Source: Eledone cirrhosa (lineage: Eukaryota). From it: a stretch of DNA of 64,000 nt. The stretch is taken from contig OZ024741.1 in assembly GCA_964016885.1 (NCBI GenBank), positions 930,001 to 994,000 on the forward strand. The letters are read 5' to 3'. The notes below the pieces were generated by a model, which saw only the letters and a program-made list of their open reading frames with translations, was not told where the DNA came from and made no database searches. A program made the translations under genes and the position numbers. Positions 12,001-24,000 of the stretch are shown here, piece after piece. The first letter of the stretch is position 1. Each line of letters opens with the position of its first letter.

Positions 12001-15000
12001 GGTGTTATTGTTGTTGTTGGTGTTATTGTTGTTGTTGGTGGTATTGTTGTTGTTGGTGTTATTGTTGGTGTTGGTGTTATTGTTGTTGTTGGTGTTATTG
12101 TTGGTGTTGATGTTATTGTTGTTGTTGGTGTTATTGTTGGTGTTGATGTTATTGTTGTTGTTGGTGTTATTGTTGTTGTTGGTGTTATTGTGGTTGTTGG
12201 TGTTATTGTTGGTGTTGGTGTTATTGTTGGTGTTGATGTTATTGTTGGTGTTGATGTTATTGTAGTTGTTGGTGTTATTGTTGGTGTTGATGTTATTGTT
12301 GTTGTTGGTGTTATTGTTGGTGTTGAAGTTATTGTTGTTGTTGGTGTTATTGTTGTTGTTGGTGTTATTGTTGGTGTTGACGTTATTGATGTTGTTGGTT
12401 TTATTGTTGGTGTTGATGTTATTGTTGTTGTTGGTGTTATTGTGGTCGTTGGTGTTATTGTTGTTGTTCGTGTTATTGTTGTTGTTGGTGTTATTGTTGG
12501 TGTTGATGTCATTGTTGTTGTTGGTGTTATTGTTGTTGTTGGTGTTATTTTTGTTGTTGGTGTTATTGTTGTTGTTGGTGTTATTGTTGGTGTTGATGTT
12601 ATTGTTGTTGTTGGTGTTATTGTCGTTGTTGGTGTTATTGTTGGTGTTGGTGTTATTGTTGTTGTTGGTGTTATTGTTGGTGTTGATGTTATTGTTGTTG
12701 TTGGTGTTATTGTTGTTGGTGTTATTGTTGTTGTTGGTGTTATTGTTGTTGTTGGTGTTATTGTTGGTGTTGATGTTATTGTTGTTGTTGGTGTTATTGT
12801 TGGTGTTGGTGTTATTGATGTTGTTGGTGTTATTGTTGGTGTTGATGTTATTGTTGTTGTTTGTGTTATTGTCGTTGTTGGTGTTATTGTTGGTGTTGGT
12901 GTTATTGTTGTTGTTGGTGTTATTGTTGGTGTTGATGTTATTGTTGTTGTTGGTGTTATTGTGGTTGTTGGTGTTATTGTTGTTGGTGTTATTGTTGTTG
13001 TTGGTGTTATTGTTGTTGTTGGTGTTATTGTTGGTGTTGATGTTATTGTTGTTGTTGGTGTTATTGTTGGTGTTGGTGTTATTGATGTTGTTGGTGTTAT
13101 TGTGGTTGTTGGTGTTATTGTTGTTGTTGGTGTTATTGTTGTTGTTGGTGTTATTGTTGTTGTTGGTGTTATTGTTGTTGTTGGTGTTATTGTTGTTGTT
13201 GGTGTTATTGTTGGTGTTGATGTTATTGTTGTTGTTGGTGTTATTGTTGGTGTTGGTGTTATTGTTGTTGTTGGTGTTATTGTGGTTGTTGGTGTTATTG
13301 TTGTTGATGATGTTATTGTTGATGTTGGTGTTATTTTTGTTGTTGGTGTTATTGTTGTTGTTGGTGTTATTGTTGGTGTTGGTGTTATTGTTGTTGTTGG
13401 TGTTATTATTGGTGTTGGTGTTTGTGTTGCTGTTATTATTGTTGTTGGTGTTATTGTTGTTGTTGGTGTTGCTGTTATTGTGGTTGTTGGTGTTATTGTT
13501 GGTTTGGTGTTATTGTTGTTGTTGGTGTTGGTGTTATTGTTGTTGTTGGTGTTATTGTTGGTGTTGATGTTATTGTTGGTGTTGGTGTTATTGTTGTTGT
13601 TGGTGTTGCTGTTATTGTGGTTGTTGGTGTTATTGTTGGTGTTAGTGTTATTGTTGTTGTTGGTGTTATTGTTGTTGTTGGTGTTATTGTTGTTGTTGGT
13701 GTTATTGTTGGTGTTGATGTTATTGTTGTTGTTGGTGTTGGTGTTATTGTGGTTGTTGGTGTTATTGTTGGTGTTAGTGTTATTGTTGTTGTTGGTGTTA
13801 TTGTTGTTGTTGGTGTTATTGTTGTTGTTGGTGTTATTGTTGTTGTTGGTGTTATTGTTGGTGTTGGTGTAATTGTTGTTGTTGGTGTTATTGTTGTTGT
13901 TGGTGTTATTGTTGTTGTTGGTGTTATTGTTGGTGTTGGTGTTATTGTTGTCGTTTGTGTTATTGTTGTTGTTGGTGTTATTGTTGTTGTTGGTGTTATT
14001 GTTGGTGTTGGTGTTATTGTTGTTGTTGGTGTTATTGTTGGTGTTGGTGTTATTGTTGTTGTTGGTGTTATTGTTGGTGTTGGTGTTATTGTTGTTGTTG
14101 GTGTTATTGTTGGTGTTGGTGTTATTGTTGTCGTTTGTGTTATTGTTGTTGTTGATGTTATTGTTGTTGCTGGTGTTATTGTTGGTGTTGGTGTTATTGT
14201 TGTTGTTGATGTTATTGTTGGTGTTGGTGTTATTGTTGTTGTTGGTGTTATTGTTGGTGTTGGTGTTATTGTTGTTGTTGGTGTTATTGTTGGTGTTGGT
14301 GTTATTGTTGTTGTTGGTGTTATTGTTGTTGTTGATGTTATTGTTGTTGTTGGTGTTATTGTTGTTGTTGGTGTTATTGTTGGTGTTGGTGTTATTGTTG
14401 GTGTTGGTGTTATTGTTGGTGTTGGTGTTATTGTTGTTGTTGGTGTTATTGTTGGTGTTGGGGTAATTGTTGTTGTTGGTGTTATTGTTGTTGTTGATGT
14501 TATTGTTGTTGTTGGTGTTATTTTTGTTGTTGGTGTTATTGTTGTTGTTAGTGTTATTGTTGTTGTTGGTGTTATTGTTGGTGTTGGTGTAATTGTTGTT
14601 GTTGGTGTTATTGTTGGTGTTGATGTTATTGTTGTTGTTGGTGTTATTGTCGTTGTTGGTGTTATTGTTGGTGTTGGTGTTATTGTTGTTGTTGGTGTTA
14701 TTGTTGGTGTTGATGTTATTGTTGTTGTTGGTGTTATTGTTGTTGGTGTTATTGTTGTTGTTGGTGTTATTGTTGTTGTTGGTGTTATTGTTGGTGTTGA
14801 TGTTATTGTTGTTGTTGGTGTTATTGTTGGTGTTGGTGTTATTGATGTTGTTGGTGTTATTGTGGTTGTTGGTGTTATTGTTGTTGTTGGTGTTATTGTT
14901 GGTGTTGATGTTATTGTTGTTGTTGGTGTTATTGTTGTTGTTGGTGTTATTGTTGTTGTTGGTGTTATTGTTGTTGTTGGTGTTATTGTTGGTGTTGATG

Positions 15001-18000
15001 TTATTGTTGTTGTTTGTGTTATTGTCGTTGTTGGTGTTATTGTTGGTGTTGGTGTTATTGTTGTTGTTGGTGTTATTGTTGGTGTTGATGTTATTGTTGT
15101 TGTTGGTGTTATTGTGGTTGTTGGTGTTATTGTTGTTGGTGTTATTGTTGTTGTTGGTGTTATTGTTGTTGTTGGTGTTATTGTTGGTGTTGATGTTATT
15201 GTTGTTGTTGGTGTTATTGTTGGTGTTGGTGTTATTGATGTTGTTGGTGTTATTGTGGTTGTTGGTGTTATTGTTGTTGTTGGTGTTATTGTTGTTGTTG
15301 GTGTTATTGTTGTTGTTGGTGTTATTGTTGTTGTTGGTGTTATTGTTGTTGTTGGTGTTATTGTTGGTGTTGATGTTATTGTTGTTGTTGGTGTTATTGT
15401 TGGTGTTGGTGTTATTGTTGTTGTTGGTGTTATTGTGGTTGTTGGTGTTATTGTTGTTGATGATGTTATTGTTGATGTTGGTGTTATTTTTGTTGTTGGT
15501 GTTATTGTTGTTGTTGGTGTTATTGTTGGTGTTGGTGTTATTGTTGTTGTTGGTGTTATTATTGGTGTTGGTGTTTGTGTTGCTGTTATTATTGTTGTTG
15601 GTGTTATTGTTGTTGTTGGTGTTGCTGTTATTGTGGTTGTTGGTGTTATTGTTGGTTTGGTGTTATTGTTGTTGTTGGTGTTGGTGTTATTGTTGTTGTT
15701 GGTGTTATTGTTGGTGTTGATGTTATTGTTGGTGTTGGTGTTATTGTTGTTGTTGGTGTTGCTGTTATTGTGGTTGTTGGTGTTATTGTTGGTGTTAGTG
15801 TTATTGTTGTTGTTGGTGTTATTGTTGTTGTTGGTGTTATTGTTGTTGTTGGTGTTATTGTTGGTGTTGATGTTATTGTTGTTGTTGGTGTTGGTGTTAT
15901 TGTGGTTGTTGGTGTTATTGTTGGTGTTAGTGTTATTGTTGTTGTTGGTGTTATTGTTGTTGTTGGTGTTATTGTTGTTGTTGGTGTTATTGTTGTTGTT
16001 GGTGTTATTGTTGGTGTTGGTGTAATTGTTGTTGTTGGTGTTATTGTTGTTGTTGGTGTTATTGTTGTTGTTGGTGTTATTGTTGGTGTTGGTGTTATTG
16101 TTGTCGTTTGTGTTATTGTTGTTGTTGGTGTTATTGTTGTTGTTGGTGTTATTGTTGGTGTTGGTGTTATTGTTGTTGTTGGTGTTATTGTTGGTGTTGG
16201 TGTTATTGTTGTTGTTGGTGTTATTGTTGGTGTTGGTGTTATTGTTGGTGTTGGTGTTATTGTTGTTGTTGGTGTTATTGTTGTTGTTGGTGTTGCTGTT
16301 ATTGTGGTTGTTGGTATTATTGTTGGTGTTGGTGTTATTGTTGTTGTTGCTGTTGCTGTTATTGTGGTTGTTGGTGTTATTGTTGGTGTTGGTGTTATTG
16401 TTGTTGGTGGTGTTGCTGTTATTGTGGTTGTTGGTGTTATTGTTGTTGTTGGTGTTATTGTTGGTGTTGATGTTATTGTTGTTGTTGGTGTTATTGTTGG
16501 TGTTGGTGTTATTGTTGGTGTTGGTGTTATTGTTGTTGTTGGTGTTATTGTTGGTGTTGGTGTTATTGTTGGTGTTGGTGTTATTGTTGTTGTTGGTGTT
16601 ATTGTTGTTGTTGGTGTTATTGTTGTTGTTGGTGTTATTGTTGGTGTTGGTGTTATTGTTGGTGTTGGTGTTATTGTTGTTGTTGGTGTTATTGTTGGTG
16701 TTGGTGTTATTGTTGTTGTTGGTGTTATTGTTGTTGTTGGTGTTATTGTGGTTGTTGGTGTTATTGTTGTTGTTTGTGTTATTATTGTTGTTGGTGTTAT
16801 TGTTGGTGTTGATGTTATTGTTGTTGTTGGTGTTATTGTTGTTGTTGGCGTTATTGTTGTTGTTGGTGTTATTGTTGTTGTTGGTGTTATTGTTGGTGTT
16901 GGTGTTATTGTTGTTGTTGGTGTTAATATTGTTGTTGGTGTTATTGTTGTTGTTGGTGTTATTGTTGGTGTTGGTGTTATTGTTGTTGTTGGTGTTATTG
17001 TTGTTGTTGGTGTTATTGTTGTTGTTGGTGGTATTGTTGTTGTTGGTGTTATTGTTGGTGTTGGTGTTATTGTTGTTGTTGGTGTTATTGTTGGTGTTGA
17101 TGTTATTGTTGTTGTTGGTGTTATTGTTGGTGTTGATGTTATTGTTGTTGTTGGTGTTATTGTTGTTGTTGGTGTTATTGTGGTTGTTGGTGTTATTGTT
17201 GGTGTTGGTGTTATTGTTGGTGTTGATGTTATTGTTGGTGTTGATGTTATTGTAGTTGTTGGTGTTATTGTTGGTGTTGATGTTATTGTTGTTGTTGGTG
17301 TTATTGTTGGTGTTGAAGTTATTGTTGTTGTTGGTGTTATTGTTGTTGTTGGTGTTATTGTTGGTGTTGACGTTATTGATGTTGTTGGTTTTATTGTTGG
17401 TGTTGATGTTATTGTTGTTGTTGGTGTTATTGTGGTCGTTGGTGTTATTGTTGTTGTTCGTGTTATTGTTGTTGTTGGTGTTATTGTTGGTGTTGATGTC
17501 ATTGTTGTTGTTGGTGTTATTGTTGTTGTTGGTGTTATTTTTGTTGTTGGTGTTATTGTTGTTGTTGGTGTTATTGTTGGTGTTGATGTTATTGTTGTTG
17601 TTGGTGTTATTGTCGTTGTTGGTGTTATTGTTGGTGTTGGTGTTATTGTTGTTGTTGGTGTTATTGTTGGTGTTGATGTTATTGTTGTTGTTGGTGTTAT
17701 TGTTGTTGGTGTTATTGTTGTTGTTGGTGTTATTGTTGTTGTTGGTGTTATTGTTGGTGTTGATGTTATTGTTGTTGTTGGTGTTATTGTTGGTGTTGGT
17801 GTTATTGATGTTGTTGGTGTTATTGTGGTTGTTGGTGTTATTGTTGTTGTTGGTGTTATTGTTGGTGTTGATGTTATTGTTGTTGTTGGTGTTATTGTTG
17901 TTGTTGGTGTTATTGTTGTTGTTGGTGTTATTGTTGTTGTTGGTGTTATTGTTGGTGTTGATGTTATTGTTGTTGTTTGTGTTATTGTCGTTGTTGGTGT

Positions 18001-21000
18001 TATTGTTGGTGTTGGTGTTATTGTTGTTGTTGGTGTTATTGTTGGTGTTGATGTTATTGTTGTTGTTGGTGTTATTGTGGTTGTTGGTGTTATTGTTGTT
18101 GGTGTTATTGTTGTTGTTGGTGTTATTGTTGTTGTTGGTGTTATTGTTGGTGTTGATGTTATTGTTGTTGTTGGTGTTATTGTTGGTGTTGGTGTTATTG
18201 ATGTTGTTGGTGTTATTGTGGTTGTTGGTGTTATTGTTGTTGTTGGTGTTATTGTTGTTGTTGGTGTTATTGTTGTTGTTGGTGTTATTGTTGTTGTTGG
18301 TGTTATTGTTGGTGTTGATGTTATTGTTGTTGTTGGTGTTATTGTTGGTGTTGGTGTTATTGTTGTTGTTGGTGTTATTGTGGTTGTTGGTGTTATTGTT
18401 GTTGATGATGTTATTGTTGATGTTGGTGTTATTTTTGTTGTTGGTGTTATTGTTGTTGTTGGTGTTATTGTTGGTGTTGGTGTTATTGTTGTTGTTGGTG
18501 TTATTATTGGTGTTGGTGTTTGTGTTGCTGTTATTATTGTTGTTGGTGTTATTGTTGTTGTTGGTGTTGCTGTTATTGTGGTTGTTGGTGTTATTGTTGG
18601 TTTGGTGTTATTGTTGTTGTTGGTGTTGGTGTTATTGTTGTTGTTGGTGTTATTGTTGGTGTTGATGTTATTGTTGGTGTTGGTGTTATTGTTGTTGTTG
18701 GTGTTGCTGTTATTGTGGTTGTTGGTGTTATTGTTGGTGTTAGTGTTATTGTTGTTGTTGGTGTTATTGTTGTTGTTGGTGTTATTGTTGTTGTTGGTGT
18801 TATTGTTGGTGTTGATGTTATTGTGTTGTTGGTGTTGGTGTTATTGTGGTTGTTGGTGTTATTGTTGGTGTTAGTGTTATTGTTGTTGTTGGTGTTATTG
18901 TTGTTGTTGGTGTTATTGTTGTTGTTGGTGTTATTGTTGTTGTTGGTGTTATTGTTGGTGTTGGTGTAATTGTTGTTGTTGGTGTTATTGTTGTTGTTGG
19001 TGTTATTGTTGTTGTTGGTGTTATTGTTGGTGTTGGTGTTATTGTTGTCGTTTGTGTTATTGTTGTTGTTGGTGTTATTGTTGTTGTTGGTGTTATTGTT
19101 GGTGTTGGTGTTATTGTTGTTGTTGGTGTTATTGTTGGTGTTGGTGTTATTGTTGTTGTTGGTGTTATTGTTGGTGTTGGTGTTATTGTTGTTGTTGGTG
19201 TTATTGTTGGTGTTGGTGTTATTGTTGTCGTTTGTGTTATTGTTGTTGTTGATGTTATTGTTGTTGCTGGTGTTATTGTTGGTGTTGGTGTTATTGTTGT
19301 TGTTGATGTTATTGTTGGTGTTGGTGTTATTGTTGTTGTTGGTGTTATTGTTGGTGTTGGTGTTATTGTTGTTGTTGGTGTTATTGTTGGTGTTGGTGTT
19401 ATTGTTGTTGTTGGTGTTATTGTTGTTGTTGATGTTATTGTTGTTGTTGGTGTTATTGTTGTTGTTGGTGTTATTGTTGGTGTTGGTGTTATTGTTGGTG
19501 TTGGTGTTATTGTTGGTGTTGGTGTTATTGTTGTTGTTGGTGTTATTGTTGGTGTTGGGGTAATTGTTGTTGTTGGTGTTATTGTTGTTGTTGATGTTAT
19601 TGTTGTTGTTGGTGTTATTTTTGTTGTTGGTGTTATTGTTGTTGTTAGTGTTATTGTTGTTGTTGGTGTTATTGTTGGTGTTGGTGTTATTGTTGTTGTT
19701 GGTGTTATTGTTGGTGTTGATGTTATTGTTGTTGTTGGTGTTATTGTCGTTGTTGGTGTTATTGTTGGTGTTGGTGTTATTGTTGTTGTTGGTGTTATTG
19801 TTGGTGTTGATGTTATTGTTGTTGTTGGTGTTATTGTTGTTGGTGTTATTGTTGTTGTTGGTGTTATTGTTGTTGTTAGTGTTATTGTTGGTGTTGATGT
19901 TATTGTTGTTGTTGGTGTTATTGTTGGTGTTGGTGTTATTGATGTTGTTGGTGTTATTGTGGTTGTTGGTGTTATTGTTGTTGTTGGTGTTATTGTTGGT
20001 GTTGATGTTATTGTTGTTGTTGGTGTTATTGTTGTTGTTGGTGTTATTGTTGTTGTTGGTGTTATTGTTGTTGTTGGTGTTATTGTTGGTGTTGATGTTA
20101 TTGTTGTTGTTTGTGTTATTGTCGTTGTTGGTGTTATTGTTGGTGTTGGTGTTATTGTTGTTGTTGGTGTTATTGTTGGTGTTGATGTTATTGTTGTTGT
20201 TGGTGTTATTGTGGTTGTTGGTGTTATTGTTGTTGGTGTTATTGTTGTTGTTGGTGTTATTGTTGTTGTTGGTGTTATTGTTGGTGTTGATGTTATTGTT
20301 GTTGTTGGTGTTATTGTTGGTGTTGGTGTTATTGATGTTGTTGGTGTTATTGTGGTTGTTGGTGTTATTGTTGTTGTTGGTGTTATTGTTGTTGTTGGTG
20401 TTATTGTTGTTGTTGGTGTTATTGTTGTTGTTGGTGTTATTGTTGTTGTCGGTGTTATTGTTGGTGTTGATGTTATTGTTGTTGTTGGTGTTATTGTTGG
20501 TGTTGGTGTTATTGTTGTTGTTGGTGTTATTGTGGTTGTTGGTGTTATTGTTGTTGATGATGTTATTGTTGATGTTGGTGTTATTTTTGTTGTTGGTGTT
20601 ATTGTTGTTGTTGGTGTTATTGTTGGTGTTGGTGTTATTGTTGTTGTTGGTGTTATTATTGGTGTTGGTGTTTGTGTTGCTGTTATTATTGTTGTTGGTG
20701 TTATTGTTGTTGTTGGTGTTGCTGTTATTGTGGTTGTTGGTGTTATTGTTGGTTTGGTGTTATTGTTGTTGTTGGTGTTGGTGTTATTGTTGTTGTTGGT
20801 GTTATTGTTGGTGTTGATGTTATTGTTGGTGTTGGTGTTATTGTTGTTGTTGGTGTTGCTGTTATTGTGGTTGTTGGTGTTATTGTTGGTGTTAGTGTTA
20901 TTGTTGTTGTTGGTGTTATTGTTGTTGTTGGTGTTATTGTTGTTGTTGGTGTTATTGTTGGTGTTGATGTTATTGTTGTTGTTGGTGTTGGTGTTATTGT

Positions 21001-24000
21001 GGTTGTTGGTGTTATTGTTGGTGTTAGTGTTATTGTTGTTGTTGGTGTTATTGTTGTTGTTGGTGTTATTGTTGTTGTTGGTGTTATTGTTGTTGTTGGT
21101 GTTATTGTTGGTGTTGGTGTAATTGTTGTTGTTGGTGTTATTGTTGTTGTTGGTGTTATTGTTGTTGTTGGTGTTATTGTTGGTGTTGGTGTTATTGTTG
21201 TCGTTTGTGTTATTGTTGTTGTTGGTGTTATTGTTGTTGTTGGTGTTATTGTTGGTGTTGGTGTTATTGTTGTTGTTGGTGTTATTGTTGGTGTTGGTGT
21301 TATTGTTGTTGTTGGTGTTATTGTTGGTGTTGGTGTTATTGTTGTTGTTGGTGTTATTGTTGGTGTTGGTGTTATTGTTGTCGTTTGTGTTATTGTTGTT
21401 GTTGATGTTATTGTTGTTGCTGGTGTTATTGTTGGTGTTGGTGTTATTGTTGTTGTTGATGTTATTGTTGGTGTTGGTGTTATTGTTGTTGTTGGTGTTA
21501 TTGTTGGTGTTGGTGTTATTGTTGTTGTTGGTGTTATTGTTGGTGTTGGTGTTATTGTTGTTGTTGGTGTTATTGTTGTTGTTGATGTTATTGTTGTTGT
21601 TGGTGTTATTGTTGTTGTTGGTGTTATTGTTGGTGTTGGTGTTATTGTTGGTGTTGGTGTTATTGTTGGTGTTGGTGTTATTGTTGTTGTTGGTGTTATT
21701 GTTGGTGTTGGGGTAATTGTTGTTGTTGGTGTTATTGTTGTTGTTGATGTTATTGTTGTTGTTGGTGTTATTTTTGTTGTTGGTGTTATTGTTGTTGTTA
21801 GTGTTATTGTTGTTGTTGGTGTTATTGTTGGTGTTGGTGTTATTGTTGTTGTTGGTGTTATTGTTGTTGTTGGTGTTATTGTTGGTTTTGGTGTTATTGT
21901 TGTTGTTGGTGTTATTGTTGGTGTTGGGATTATTGTTTATGTTGCTGTTATTGTTGGTGTTGATGTTATTGTTGTTGTTGGTGTTATTGTTGGTGTTGGT
22001 ATTATTGTTGTTGTTGGTGTTATTGTTGTTGTTGGTGTTATTGTTGTTGTTGGTGTTATTGTTGGTGTTGATGTTATTGTTGTTGTTTGTGTTATTGTCG
22101 TTGTTGGTGTTATTGTTGGTGTTGGTGTTATTGTTGTTGTTGGTGTTATTCTTGGTGTTGATGTTATTGTTGTTGTTGGTGTTATTGTGGTTGTTGGTGT
22201 TATTGTTGTTGGTGTTATTGTTGTTGTTGGTGTTATTGTTGTTGTTGGTGTTATTGTTGGTGTTGATGTTATTGTTGTTGTTGGTGTTATTGTTGGTGTT
22301 GGTGTTATTGATGTTGTTGGTGTTATTGTGGTTGTTGGTGTTATTGTTGTTGTTGGTGTTATTGTTGTTGTTGGTGTTATTGTTGTTGTTGGTGTTATTG
22401 TTGTTGTTGGTGTTATTGTTGGTGTTGATGTTATTGTTGTTGTTGGTGTTATTGTTGGTGTTGGTGTTATTGTTGTTGTTGGTGTTATTGTGGTTGTTGG
22501 TGTTATTGTTGTTGATGATGTTATTGTTGATGTTGATGTTATTTTTGTTGTTGGTGTTATTGTTGTTGTTGGTGTTATTGTTGGTGTTGGTGTTATTGTT
22601 GTTGTTGGTGTTATTATTGGTGTTGGTGTTTGTGTTGCTGTTATTATTGTTGTTGGTGTTATTGTTGTTGTTGGTGTTGCTGTTATTGTGGTTGTTGGTG
22701 TTATTGTTGGTTTGGTGTTATTGTTGTTGTTGGTGTTGGTGTTATTGTTGTTGTTGGTGTTATTGTTGGTGTTGATGTTATTGTTGGTGTTGGTGTTATT
22801 GTTGTTGTTGGTGTTGCTGTTATTGTGATTGTTGGTGTTATTGTTGGTGTTAGTGTTATTGTTGTTGTTGGTGTTATTGTTGTTGTTGGTGTTATTGTTG
22901 TTGTTGGTGTTATTGTTGGTGTTGATGTTATTGTTGTTGTTGGTGTTGGTGTTATTGTGGTTGTTGGTGTTATTGTTGGTGTTAGTGTTATTGTTGTTGT
23001 TGGTGTTATTGTTGTTGTTGGTGTTATTGTTGTTGTTGGTGTTATTGTTGTTGTTGGTGTTATTGTTGGTGTTGGTGTAATTGTTGTTGTTGGTGTTATT
23101 GTTGGTGTTGGTGTAATTGTTGTTGTTGGTGTTATTGTTGTTGTTGGTGTTATTGTTGGTGTTGGTGTAATTGTTGGTGTTGGTGTAATTGTTGTTGTTG
23201 GTGTTATTGTTGTTGTTGGTGTTATTGTTGGTGTTGGTGTTATTGTTGTCGTTTGTGTTATTGTTGGTGTTGGTGTTATTGTTGGTGTTGGTGTTATTGT
23301 TGGTGTTGGTGTAATTGTTGTTGTTGGTGTTATTGTTGTTGTTGGTGTTATTGTTGGTGTTGGTGTTATTGTTGTTGTTGGTGTTATTGTTGTTGTTGGT
23401 GTTATTGTTGGTGTTGGTGTAATTGTTGTTGTTGGTGTTATTGTTGTTGTTGGTGTTATTGTTGGTGTTGGTGTTATTGTTGTCGTTTGTGTTATTGTTG
23501 TTGTTGGTGTTATTGTTGGTGTTGGTGTTATTGTTATTGTTGGTGTTATTGTTGGTGTTGGTGTTATTGTTGTTGTTGGTGTTATTGTTGGTGTTGGTGT
23601 TATTGTTGTTGTTGGTGTTATTGTTGGTGTTGGTGTTATTGTTGTCGTTTGTGTTATTGTTGTTGTTGATGTTATTGTTGTTGCTGGTGTTATTGTTGGT
23701 GTTGGTGTTATTGTTGTTGTTGATGTTATTGTTGGTGTTGGTGTTATTGTTGTTGTTGGCGTTATTGTTGGTGTTGGTGTTATTGTTGTTGTTGGTGTTA
23801 TTGTTGGTGTTGGTGTTATTGTTGTTGTTGGTGTTATTGTTGTTGTTGATGTTATTGTTGTTGTTGGTGTTATTGTTGTTGTTGGTGTTATTGTTGGTGT
23901 TGGGGTAATTGTTGTTGTTGGTGTTATTGTTGTTGTTGATGTTATTGTTGTTGTTGGTGTTATTTTTGTTGTTGGTGTTATTGTTGTTGTTAGTGTTATT